Shown here: one piece after another, positions 55,716 through 63,315 of the stretch
Position numbering within the stretch: the first letter of the stretch is position 1
Layout of the letters: every line of letters starts with the position of its first letter
Assembly (NCBI GenBank): GCA_041649315.1
Contig: JBAZNJ010000002.1
Span: forward strand, 64,851-128,850
Source: Patescibacteria group bacterium
Lineage (GTDB): Bacteria > Patescibacteriota > Patescibacteriia > Patescibacteriales > UBA12465
Direction of reading: 5' to 3'
Length of the DNA: 64,000 nucleotides
Program-made: the position numbers and the translations under genes
Notes under the pieces: model-generated
What the model saw: the letters and a program-made list of their open reading frames with translations, nothing else
Told to the model about the DNA's origin: nothing
Database searches by the model: none

Positions 55716-55761
55716 GCTCAGCCGATTTTTATTATTTCGCTCAGCCGATTTTTATTATTTC
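55716..55761. repeat. Perfect 23-bp tandem duplication covering the greA stop codon and last 6 codons
   Basis: GCTCAGCCGATTTTTATTATTTC occurs at 55716-55738 and again at 55739-55761. Confidence 0.85.
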
Positions 55762-56241
55762 ATATTCTCGATCTTGGTTATTGATCCGGAGTTTTATTTT
55801 TTCTCCAAGGCGCCGATTTAAGAGCGCCGCGCCGAGCGGGGAATTATGGGAGATTATTCCGGCGGCCGGATCGCTTTCCGTTGCCCCTAAAATTTGATAA
55901 TTTTTCTCTTGTCCGCTTTGGCGCAGGGTAACGCGGCTGCCGAGCCGGATTGTTTCTGTATTTTTTTCTGGTCGGATTATTTCCGCGTTTTTTAGGCGAT
56001 ATTCTAAATCAAGGATCTTTTGGTTCAAACCGCGCAAACGGCCTTTGGCCAATTGGTAGCCGGCGTTTTCCGAAAAGTCGCCCATTTCAGCCAGGCGCTT
56101 TACTTCGCGCGCTAGTTCGGGGCGGGCGCTAAGCATTTTTTCTAATTTAGCTTTTAATTCCCGAAATTTATCTTCGGTCAGATAGGGATCAAGCTTGGCT
56201 TTTTGATGATTTTTTTCCGCTCGCCGAGTTGGTATTTGCAT
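55741..56241 (-). CDS. greA: Transcription elongation factor GreA
   Basis: GDFSENAGYQLAKGR motif; coiled-coil plus FKBP-like C-terminal domain. Confidence 0.93.
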   Translation of the reverse strand: MQIPTRRAEKNHQKAKLDPYLTEDKFRELKAKLEKMLSARPELAREVKRLAEMGDFSENAGYQLAKGRLRGLNQKILDLEYRLKNAEIIRPEKNTETIRLGSRVTLRQSGQEKNYQILGATESDPAAGIISHNSPLGAALLNRRLGEKIKLRINNQDREYEIIKIG

Positions 56242-56426
56242 AGATTTTTAGATTATGGGAATAGGCCGCCGAATTATTAAGATGATTAAATGATTTAGTT
56301 TTAGCTTATCAAGAGGCGCGATTAAGCGGCTGATATTATTATAAATTAAAAAATAAGAAATAGCCAAATTTGTTTCTATCGCTATTTTGCGGTATAATAT
56401 AAGTATAATAAAATTAATAAAAATTT

Positions 56427-56825
56427 ATGAAAGGATTTAATGACAACATTGAAAAATTAACTTTGGAAAATGAAAATTTTCGCCGTGTGCTTTATACCGG
56501 CAAGAACAGCCAACTGGTTTTAATGAGCTTGAAGCCGAATGAAGAAATCGGTTCGGAAGTCCATCCGGCCAACGACCAGTTTTTCCGCTTTGAAGCCGGA
56601 GAGGGCAAGGTCGTCATTGACGGCAACGAATATCCGGTCAAAGACGGCGACGCGGTTATCGTACCGGCCGGCGCGGAGCATAATGTGATTAATCTATCCG
56701 CGGCGGAAGCGTTAAAAATGTACACGATTTATTCGCCGGCGCATCATCGCGACGGAATCGTCCGCGCTACCAAGGAGGAGGCCGAAGCTAACGATGAGGA
56801 GTTTGATGGCCAGACCACAGAATAG
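56427..56825 (+). CDS. Cupin-domain protein
   Basis: G.EVH.....Q.F....G ... G....VPAG..H...N two-motif cupin pattern. Confidence 0.75.
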   Translation: MKGFNDNIEKLTLENENFRRVLYTGKNSQLVLMSLKPNEEIGSEVHPANDQFFRFEAGEGKVVIDGNEYPVKDGDAVIVPAGAEHNVINLSAAEALKMYTIYSPAHHRDGIVRATKEEAEANDEEFDGQTTE

Positions 56826-56903
56826 ATCAGCGTTTAAAATCCCAATTTTTTCTAAAATGATTTTTTTAAAAAAGGTTTCTAGTGATCTATTGATATAGAG
56901 TTT

Positions 56904-57440
56904 ATGAAAAAAATAATTTTTTTACTGGCCTTTATTTTGCTGGCTGTCGGGGTTTCGGCTTGCGCGCGCAAAGACGCACCTGCGGGCGGACTTTGGAACG
57001 GGGAAGAGATTAAGCCGGTCGGAGAAACAAAAACTATTAAGCTCTATTATTATAATCCGGATATTGATCGGGACGAAGCCGGGAATATCGTTTGCTCCGA
57101 ACAAGGTTTAGTCGCGGTTGAGCGGGAAATCGGCGGCTTAGATAGCTTATCGGCCGAAGAAAAAATTAAAGTGATTATCGGTTTATTGCTCCAAGGCGAA
57201 CTAAGCGCCGCCGAGCAAGATAGTGGGATTACGACAGAATTTCCTTTGTCGGGTTTGGAGTTAGCTGGTTTATCTTTAAACGACGGGGAATTGATTTTAG
57301 AATTTTCTGATTCGGAAAATAAGACCGGCGGCGGCTCTTGCCGCGTAGCTATTCTCTGGGCGCAGATTGCGGCGACCGCGCGCCAGTTTCCGGAAGTTGA
57401 GGCGGTTAGTTTTAGTCCGGAAGAACTTTTCCAGCCCTAG
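56904..57440 (+). CDS. Lipoprotein with a GerMN-like domain
   Basis: Lipobox LAVGVSAC; C-terminal pattern (LILEFSD...) resembles the GerMN domain (tentative). Confidence 0.6.
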   Translation: MKKIIFLLAFILLAVGVSACARKDAPAGGLWNGEEIKPVGETKTIKLYYYNPDIDRDEAGNIVCSEQGLVAVEREIGGLDSLSAEEKIKVIIGLLLQGELSAAEQDSGITTEFPLSGLELAGLSLNDGELILEFSDSENKTGGGSCRVAILWAQIAATARQFPEVEAVSFSPEELFQP

Positions 57441-57473
57441 AAAACATTAAAATAGTTATCGGATTTTTTAAAT

Positions 57474-57507
57474 GAAAAAAACCTATCATTGGATGACAGG
57501 TTTTTTT
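57474..57507. terminator. Bidirectional terminator between convergent genes
   Basis: AAAAAAACCTATCAT-tgg-ATGACAGGTTTTTTT (one mismatch in the stem). Confidence 0.6.
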
Positions 57508-57529
57508 GCTCGTAACCTTTAATTATTTT

Positions 57530-57932
57530 TTAATTCAATGCTACGGACGCAAAATTAGAAATTTCTTCCCGCCGGGTAGTGTAATAGCATCTGAGGATGC
57601 CTAGTACCTTGCCCTTTTGTTTTTTAGATAAGCAACTTGTGCCTATTAATGGTAGGGGATTCGGTGCCTGGTTAAACACCTCTTCCAGACAGTTTATTTC
57701 TCGCCCCTCGTTTAAGGCTTTTATAGCTTCTAAGATAGCAGGAAGCAATATGGACCTTTCTACATCACTAAAGGACAAAATATCCTTTATGAAATGTGAG
57801 AAAAATCCCTTTGTATCCCCAGGAATTATCTTATTAGCGATTTGATCGGCGTTTTTTTTTGTTCACGACGATTTCTTCCTGTTCATCTTTCCCCTCATTA
57901 ATAAGATAACGAATTTCGTTTATTTCTTCCAT
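57530..57932 (-). pseudogene. Unknown ~134-aa gene split by a frameshift at an A9 run (T9 on plus strand, 57852-57860)
   Basis: From ATG 57932, MEEINEIRYLINEGKDEQEEIVVNKKK runs into a stop 18 nt past the run. The +1 frame opens at a TGA just before the run and continues NADQIANKII...SFSDVER... to 57530. Confidence 0.6.
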
Positions 57933-58121
57933 GTTATATTGTTTTTTGTTAATAATACGACTTTTTAATTCTAACCCTATTATACAATATAAATAATATT
58001 TTGTCAATAGATTAAGGCAGAATGCGGAATAAGACCTTTTAATTACTAAATAAGGCCTTTGGAATCGCTAAATAAGGCTTTTTATTTAAAAATAGCGACT
58101 CTTAACAATCAGCAAAATCCC

Positions 58122-58150
58122 TTGACTTCTTTTTTTATATATGTTATGCT
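58122..58150 (+). promoter_or_regulatory. Sigma70-like promoter upstream of the cold-shock gene (about 125-nt leader)
   Basis: TTGACT (58122-27), 17-nt spacer, TATGCT (58145-50). Confidence 0.5.
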
Positions 58151-58276
58151 TGTTTTAGAGCAAAAATATAGTGATTAGAAAGAGTAGTCGAATTTCAATT
58201 AGTCATATCTGGGATTTTTAGATAATATCGAAAAATCCCTGCAATTTGCCCTTTTATTTACTAAGTTTTAAAGACC

Positions 58277-58474
58277 ATGACTGGTACTATTAAAACTCTT
58301 ACTGACAGAGGTTTTGGTTTCATCACCGCTGAAGGTCAAGAAAAGGATTTATTCTTCCATAGCAATGCTTTGGTTGGAGTCCAATTCAATGAACTTCGCG
58401 AAGGTGACGCTGTTACTTTTGACACGGAGAACTCTCCGAAAGGTATGAACGCGGTTAATGTTAAGCGCGCTTAA
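58277..58474 (+). CDS. cspA: Cold-shock protein (CspA family)
   Basis: GTIKTLTDRGFGFITAEGQEKDLFFH contains the RNP1/RNP2 motifs. Confidence 0.95.
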   Translation: MTGTIKTLTDRGFGFITAEGQEKDLFFHSNALVGVQFNELREGDAVTFDTENSPKGMNAVNVKRA

Positions 58475-58485
58475 GATCTTTCGTT

Positions 58486-58517
58486 AAAAATCGCCCGGGT
58501 AATGCCGGGCGGTTTTT
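58486..58517 (+). terminator. Intrinsic terminator after csp
   Basis: CGCCCGG-gtaatg-CCGGGCG followed by GTTTTT. Confidence 0.7.
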
Positions 58518-58563
58518 AAATAGCAGGCCTTTACAAAAGTAAGATAAAATTATAAGATTAGAT

Positions 58564-58587
58564 ATTCTTTAAAAATTATTGTTTAAC
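58564..58587 (+). promoter_or_regulatory. Shared 24-nt 5' leader element, copy A
   Basis: ATTCTTTAAAAATTATTGTTTAAC is identical to 61311-61334. It starts about 7 nt after a TATAAG -10-like hexamer (58551-56). Confidence 0.6.
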
Positions 58588-58604
58588 CTTTAATACCTCA
58601 GAAA

Positions 58605-59285
58605 ATGATCAGAAGAGTAGAAAAAATTGACGACTTGGTTCCGATTAAGAACGTCGTTATTTCCGTTTCGGATAAACGAAATTTGGATGTTTTGGCAATC
58701 GGTTTGTTGAAATATTGTCCGGGAGTAAAAATTTATGCTTCTGGTGGCACTCATGAGGCCCTAAAAGCATTAATAAGTCCAGCCGGAGCTGAGCAGTATT
58801 TATGTGAAATTAGCGAATACACTGGTCAGCCGGAAACCGAGGGTGGTTTAGTAAAAACTTTACATCACAAATTATTCCTTGGTTATCTAACTGAAACATA
58901 TTGTTCGGCGCATCAAAATGATTTAGCCAGGGAAAAGGCGACGCCGATTGACCTGGTAGTAATAAATCTTTATCCCTTTAAAAAAACTATCGCTAAACCG
59001 GAAACGACTTTCGAAGATGCCCGCGGCAATATTGATGTTGGCGGCCCCTCTGCCCTACGGGCGGCTGCTAAAAATTTTCTTCGGGTTATGACCTGTGTTA
59101 ATCCGGAAGATTATAATTCGTTAGCAGATGAACTGGAAATGTTTTCTGGGTTTATTTCTTTAAATTCCAGAATTCACGCCGCTAAAAGGACATTTAAAAT
59201 GTTAAGCGAATACGACAGCGCTATCGCTAAATATTTGGGTGAAGCGAATATTTGCGATATTATGAATGAATATGATATAGTGTAG
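58605..59285 (+). CDS. Stand-alone IMP cyclohydrolase-like protein (PurH N-terminal MGS-like domain only)
   Basis: Collinear with E. coli PurH residues ~1-200 from memory: ISVSDK, SGGT, VKTLHHK, VVINLYPF, NIDVGGPSALRAAAKN. No AICARFT domain. Confidence 0.75.
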   Translation: MIRRVEKIDDLVPIKNVVISVSDKRNLDVLAIGLLKYCPGVKIYASGGTHEALKALISPAGAEQYLCEISEYTGQPETEGGLVKTLHHKLFLGYLTETYCSAHQNDLAREKATPIDLVVINLYPFKKTIAKPETTFEDARGNIDVGGPSALRAAAKNFLRVMTCVNPEDYNSLADELEMFSGFISLNSRIHAAKRTFKMLSEYDSAIAKYLGEANICDIMNEYDIV

Positions 59286-59306
59286 GGGTAAATCGCTATC
59301 TAAAAA

Positions 59307-59337
59307 CAAAAAAGCTCTCTTTTATGGAGAGCTTTTA
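59307..59337 (+). terminator. Intrinsic terminator
   Basis: AAGCTCTC-ttttatg-GAGAGCTT followed by TT. Confidence 0.65.
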
Positions 59338-59357
59338 TATTTATGCCAATAAAGCTC

Positions 59358-59386
59358 TTGACTGCTATTAAAAAACGATGTATTAT
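59358..59386 (+). promoter_or_regulatory. Sigma70-like promoter of typA
   Basis: TTGACT (59358-63), 17-nt spacer, TATTAT (59381-86). Confidence 0.5.
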
Positions 59387-59413
59387 CAAAACTACCGAAA
59401 TGACTATCAAAAG

Positions 59414-59440
59414 ATTACGTCAGGGGGCGTAATTTTTTTT
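59414..59440 (+). terminator. Terminator-like hairpin inside the typA leader (possible attenuator)
   Basis: ATTACG-tcaggggg-CGTAAT followed by T8, between the promoter and ATG 59455. Confidence 0.4.
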
Positions 59441-59454
59441 AATTATAAATAATT

Positions 59455-61239
59455 ATGGAAATCAGAAATATTGCCATTATCGCCCATGTTGACCATGGCA
59501 AGACAACTCTTACCGACGCCTTGATGCGCCAGACCGGGATGTCCGACGACAGTGTGAGCATGGACTCTAATGATTTAGAAAAAGAGCGGGGGATTACGAT
59601 CTATTCGAAAAATACTTCGGTCTTTTATCGTGATACGAAAATTAATATCGTTGATACGCCCGGGCACGCGGATTTTAGTTCGGAAGTGGAGCGGATTTTG
59701 CGTTCTATAGATTGCGTGCTTTTACTTGTTGACGCCCAGGAAGGCCCGATGCCGCAGACGAAGTTTGTTTTAAAAAAATCTTTGGAACTCGGCCTTAAGC
59801 CGATTGTGGTAATCAATAAGATTGACAAGCCGGCGGCGCGGCCGGAAGCGGTGAACGAAATGGTTTATGAATTATTTTTGGACTTAGGCGCGAATGACGA
59901 GCAGCTTGATTTTCCGGTAATCTACGCCGCTTCAAAACAGGGAATCGCGAAGAAATCCTTAAGCGATGAATCGGCTAATCTTGATCCGCTTTTGGATTTG
60001 ATTTTAGAACATGTACCGGCCGCTTCTAGTATCGAAGCCGCGGGGAAAAGATTATTAGCCCAGCCCTTTAATTTAGCTTATGATAATTTTCTTGGCCGTC
60101 TGGCAATCTGCCGGATTTATGAGGGAAAGATTAAGGCGGCGCAAACGGTCTATATTGAGAATTTAAACGGCGAGACCAGAAGCGGCAAGACCACGAAACT
60201 TTTTACTTTTAGCGGTTTGAATCGGAAAGAAGTTATTGAAGCGGTGGCCGGCGATATTGTTATGGTCGCGGGTTTACCGGACATTTATATCGGCGAGACA
60301 ATCGCTGAAGCGCCGGAGCAGGAACCTTTGCCGGCCATTAAAATTGATGAACCGACGATTTCACTTAATTTTTTAGTTAATAATTCGCCCTTTGCCGGAA
60401 AAGAAGGGAAGTTTGTTACTAACCGCCAGATCAAAGAACGTCTGGAAAAGGAACTGGAAGTTAATGTCGGTTTGAAAATTGATTTTTCTAATAATAGTTT
60501 TTATAAAGTTTTCGGTCGCGGCGAGCTCCATATTGCAATTCTTTTAGAGAACCTGCGGCGGGAAAATTACGAACTTCAGGTTTCCCAGCCCCAGGTAATC
60601 ATTAAAGAAGAAAATGGCGTTAAATTAGAGCCGTTTGAGGAAATTACGATTGATATTCCGGAAGAGATGACCGGAGTAATTATGGAAAAAGTTTCTCGGC
60701 GCAAGGGCCAGCTCAAAGATTTAAAAACTCATAACGGCCAATCGCGTTTGATTTTTGAAATTCCGACGCGCGGCCTGCTCGGTTATCGCAATGAATTTAT
60801 TGTCGATACGCGCGGCGAAGGAATTTTATGTACACATTTTGCCGGCTTTAAGCCGTATACCGGAGAGATTGAGCGGAGCCATTTAGGTTCTATGGTTTCA
60901 ATGATTACCGGCAAGGCCCTGGCTTTTTCTTTATGGAATCTCCAGGATCGGGGAGTTTTATATATTAAGCCGAATACCGAGGTTTATGAAGGAATGGTAA
61001 TCGGAAATGTGGCTAAAGGGAACGACATGTCGGTTAATCCGATTAAAGGAAAACAACTCACTAATGTCCGGGCTTCTGGTTCGGATGAAGCGATTATTTT
61101 AACGCCGCCTTTGGATCTAAATCTGGAAACGGCATTAAGTATTATGAATGAGGATGAATATCTAGAGATTACTCCGAAGAATATCCGTTTGCGCAAACAG
61201 CTTTTAACCGAGAATGAACGGGTGAGGGCGAAGCGGTAA
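59455..61239 (+). CDS. typA: Translational GTPase TypA/BipA
   Basis: 594 aa; [21 protein letters not shown]; BipA-type C-terminal domain. Confidence 0.96.
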   Translation: MEIRNIAIIAHVDHGKTTLTDALMRQTGMSDDSVSMDSNDLEKERGITIYSKNTSVFYRDTKINIVDTPGHADFSSEVERILRSIDCVLLLVDAQEGPMPQTKFVLKKSLELGLKPIVVINKIDKPAARPEAVNEMVYELFLDLGANDEQLDFPVIYAASKQGIAKKSLSDESANLDPLLDLILEHVPAASSIEAAGKRLLAQPFNLAYDNFLGRLAICRIYEGKIKAAQTVYIENLNGETRSGKTTKLFTFSGLNRKEVIEAVAGDIVMVAGLPDIYIGETIAEAPEQEPLPAIKIDEPTISLNFLVNNSPFAGKEGKFVTNRQIKERLEKELEVNVGLKIDFSNNSFYKVFGRGELHIAILLENLRRENYELQVSQPQVIIKEENGVKLEPFEEITIDIPEEMTGVIMEKVSRRKGQLKDLKTHNGQSRLIFEIPTRGLLGYRNEFIVDTRGEGILCTHFAGFKPYTGEIERSHLGSMVSMITGKALAFSLWNLQDRGVLYIKPNTEVYEGMVIGNVAKGNDMSVNPIKGKQLTNVRASGSDEAIILTPPLDLNLETALSIMNEDEYLEITPKNIRLRKQLLTENERVRAKR

Positions 61240-61275
61240 ACTAAAACTGACGAAGAGGACTAGTTAAAATTCCGT

Positions 61276-61305
61276 TTGACAATGAGCGGATTTTTATTTT
61301 ATAAT
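61276..61305 (+). promoter_or_regulatory. Consensus sigma70-like promoter of the PurM-like gene
   Basis: TTGACA (61276-81), 18-nt spacer, TATAAT (61300-05). The predicted +1 falls at the start of the shared leader. Confidence 0.6.
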
Positions 61306-61310
61306 AAGGG

Positions 61311-61334
61311 ATTCTTTAAAAATTATTGTTTAAC
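61311..61334 (+). promoter_or_regulatory. Shared 24-nt 5' leader element, copy B
   Basis: ATTCTTTAAAAATTATTGTTTAAC is identical to 58564-58587. It is followed by TTAAATAGGAGGAATATG. Confidence 0.6.
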
Positions 61335-61349
61335 TTAAATAGGAGGAAT

Positions 61350-62576
61350 ATGGAAAAAGCAGGATTTCAAACAGAAACTAAAGACGGTAGCCGAGAAAAC
61401 GACCAATACGCCGCCTTAGGCGTAGATGCCGATAAGACCAGCGTCCGCCAAGCTTTCAAGCCGATAATTGATAATGATTATCCAAGAGCTTTCGTTAATA
61501 TTGTTAAGAATCCCTTTGGACAGGGTGTGCTTACTCAGCACCAGGACGGCGATGGCAGTAAATCTGTCCAGCGCTTGCTCCATTATTTAATAACTGGAGA
61601 TAGGAAACAGTTAGGGTATATGGTGGATGATGCTTTATCTATGAACGCTTCAGATATTTCCGCTAGCGGTTTTGTTTTCGGCCCCTGGGTTATTTCTCAA
61701 GTTTTAAATGCTAATTTGGAAACTTTAGAAGAGGGACTTAAGGGGATAGTCATGCAGGAAATTAGCCGCCGTTGGGCTGAGATTAGGAAATTTTATGAAG
61801 ATAACGGTTTTAAGATTAAGTTCTTAGGTGGTGAAACTGCCGACTTACCCGATCAGGTTCGTTCTTCGGTTTTTGATATGACTATTACCGCGCAGGCAGA
61901 AGAGAGCGATATTATCAAAGGCGAGGTTAAGCCCGGTGACAGAATTTGGGGCTTAGCTAGCGATGGCCAAGCCGCTTGGGAGAAAGAGTGGAATTCCGGG
62001 ATTATGGCCAACGGTTTGACGCTGGCAAGGTCGGTTTTGATGGGTAAGAATTATAATTTGATTTTTCTTAATCTTAACCTGCGTGGCGATTATTACCGCG
62101 GCCGGTTCCAGATTAATGACAAGCCAAGCATTCTTAATGGCTTGACCGTAAGTGAGGCTTTGCTATCACCGACTAGGCCGTGGGCGATTATTATCAGGAA
62201 GATTTTGGAAAGATTAAAATGGAATAATCGACTCCATATGTTGCATGGAATAAGCATCAATACCGGCGGCGGTGCTACTAAGATCAAGCATGTCGGTCAA
62301 GGAATTATTTATGATAAGACTATGCCAATTCCGCCACCTATATTTTTATTAATTCAGCAAGAATCCAAGGAATTATGGGAAAACATGTTCCGATCTTTCA
62401 ATTGCGGCATCGGCGTCGATCTCGTCGGTGAAGACGATCCTGTTTTTGAACGGATAATTTTTGACGCCGCTTACGAATGCGGAATAGTCTTAAATAGTTT
62501 AGGCAGATGTTTTCGCAGTGGGGAGGAAAAAAATAAAGTTATGTTAAGGACTCCCTATGGAACTTTTAAATATTAA
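61350..62576 (+). CDS. Divergent PurM/AIR-synthase-superfamily protein
   Basis: Collinear with PurM motifs from memory: YAALGVD, DGDGSKSV (cf. DGVGTK), GGETADLP (cf. GGETAEMP), LLSPTRPW, INTGGG, FNCGIG. I start at ATG 61350, after AGGAGG. Confidence 0.7.
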   Translation: MEKAGFQTETKDGSRENDQYAALGVDADKTSVRQAFKPIIDNDYPRAFVNIVKNPFGQGVLTQHQDGDGSKSVQRLLHYLITGDRKQLGYMVDDALSMNASDISASGFVFGPWVISQVLNANLETLEEGLKGIVMQEISRRWAEIRKFYEDNGFKIKFLGGETADLPDQVRSSVFDMTITAQAEESDIIKGEVKPGDRIWGLASDGQAAWEKEWNSGIMANGLTLARSVLMGKNYNLIFLNLNLRGDYYRGRFQINDKPSILNGLTVSEALLSPTRPWAIIIRKILERLKWNNRLHMLHGISINTGGGATKIKHVGQGIIYDKTMPIPPPIFLLIQQESKELWENMFRSFNCGIGVDLVGEDDPVFERIIFDAAYECGIVLNSLGRCFRSGEEKNKVMLRTPYGTFKY

Positions 62577-62593
62577 AAGTCCGGAGGTCAAAA

Positions 62594-62626
62594 ATAAAAA
62601 ACCCGTTAGTGATAACGGGTTTTTGA
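62594..62626 (+). terminator. Intrinsic terminator
   Basis: AACCCGTTA-gtga-TAACGGGTT followed by TTT. Confidence 0.7.
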
Positions 62627-62703
62627 TTGATTGGGCTATTTCGGCCTTTATCTTTTCATCATTTTCTGCTATAATTTTTCCATAAATTAAAAACAAAAAA
62701 CCT

Positions 62704-63279
62704 ATGAAAAAGACAAAAAAAACTTGGTTAATCATTTTGGCGGTCGTGATTATCATCGGCGGCTGGCTTTGGTCGTCCTATAATAAATTAGTGATGGCGA
62801 ACGAGGGCGTGGATAATCAATGGGCGCAAGTCGAGACGCAATATCAGCGGCGTTTTGATTTAATCCCTAATTTAGTCGCCTCGGTCAAAGGCGCGATGGA
62901 GCAGGAACAGACGGTTTTTGGCGATTTAGCCGAAGCTCGGACCCGTTATAGCGGTGCGCAGTCGGTCAACGAGAAAGCGGCGGCCGCAACTGCGGTCGAA
63001 AGCGCTTTAGGACGCTTATTGGTAATTATGGAGAATTATCCGGAACTTAAATCCATAGACGCGGTCCAGACCTTGATGGCTCAGCTTGAAGGCACGGAAA
63101 ATCGGGTGAGTGTTGAGCGCGGGCGCTTTAACGAAGCGGTTCGGGTTTATAATGTTTTAACCAAGCGCGTGCCGACAAATATGGTGGCCCGGTGGTTCGG
63201 CTTCTCTGAAAAAACTTATTTTGAAGCGGTTGAGGCGGCGGCTGAAGTGCCGAGTGTTAATCTGGATTTAAGCCAATAA
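62704..63279 (+). CDS. lemA: LemA-family protein
   Basis: N-terminal TM; NQWAQVETQYQRRFDLIPNLV signature. Confidence 0.9.
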   Translation: MKKTKKTWLIILAVVIIIGGWLWSSYNKLVMANEGVDNQWAQVETQYQRRFDLIPNLVASVKGAMEQEQTVFGDLAEARTRYSGAQSVNEKAAAATAVESALGRLLVIMENYPELKSIDAVQTLMAQLEGTENRVSVERGRFNEAVRVYNVLTKRVPTNMVARWFGFSEKTYFEAVEAAAEVPSVNLDLSQ

Positions 63280-63315
63280 TTCGTTCTGGCTATCCGAAAT
63301 TAATTTTATTATTCC

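Noticed and set aside
62544-62756. 70-aa minus-strand hydrophobic ORF between the PurM-like gene and lemA
   Set aside because: It spans a plus-strand terminator and overlaps both neighbouring gene ends. It is most likely spurious.
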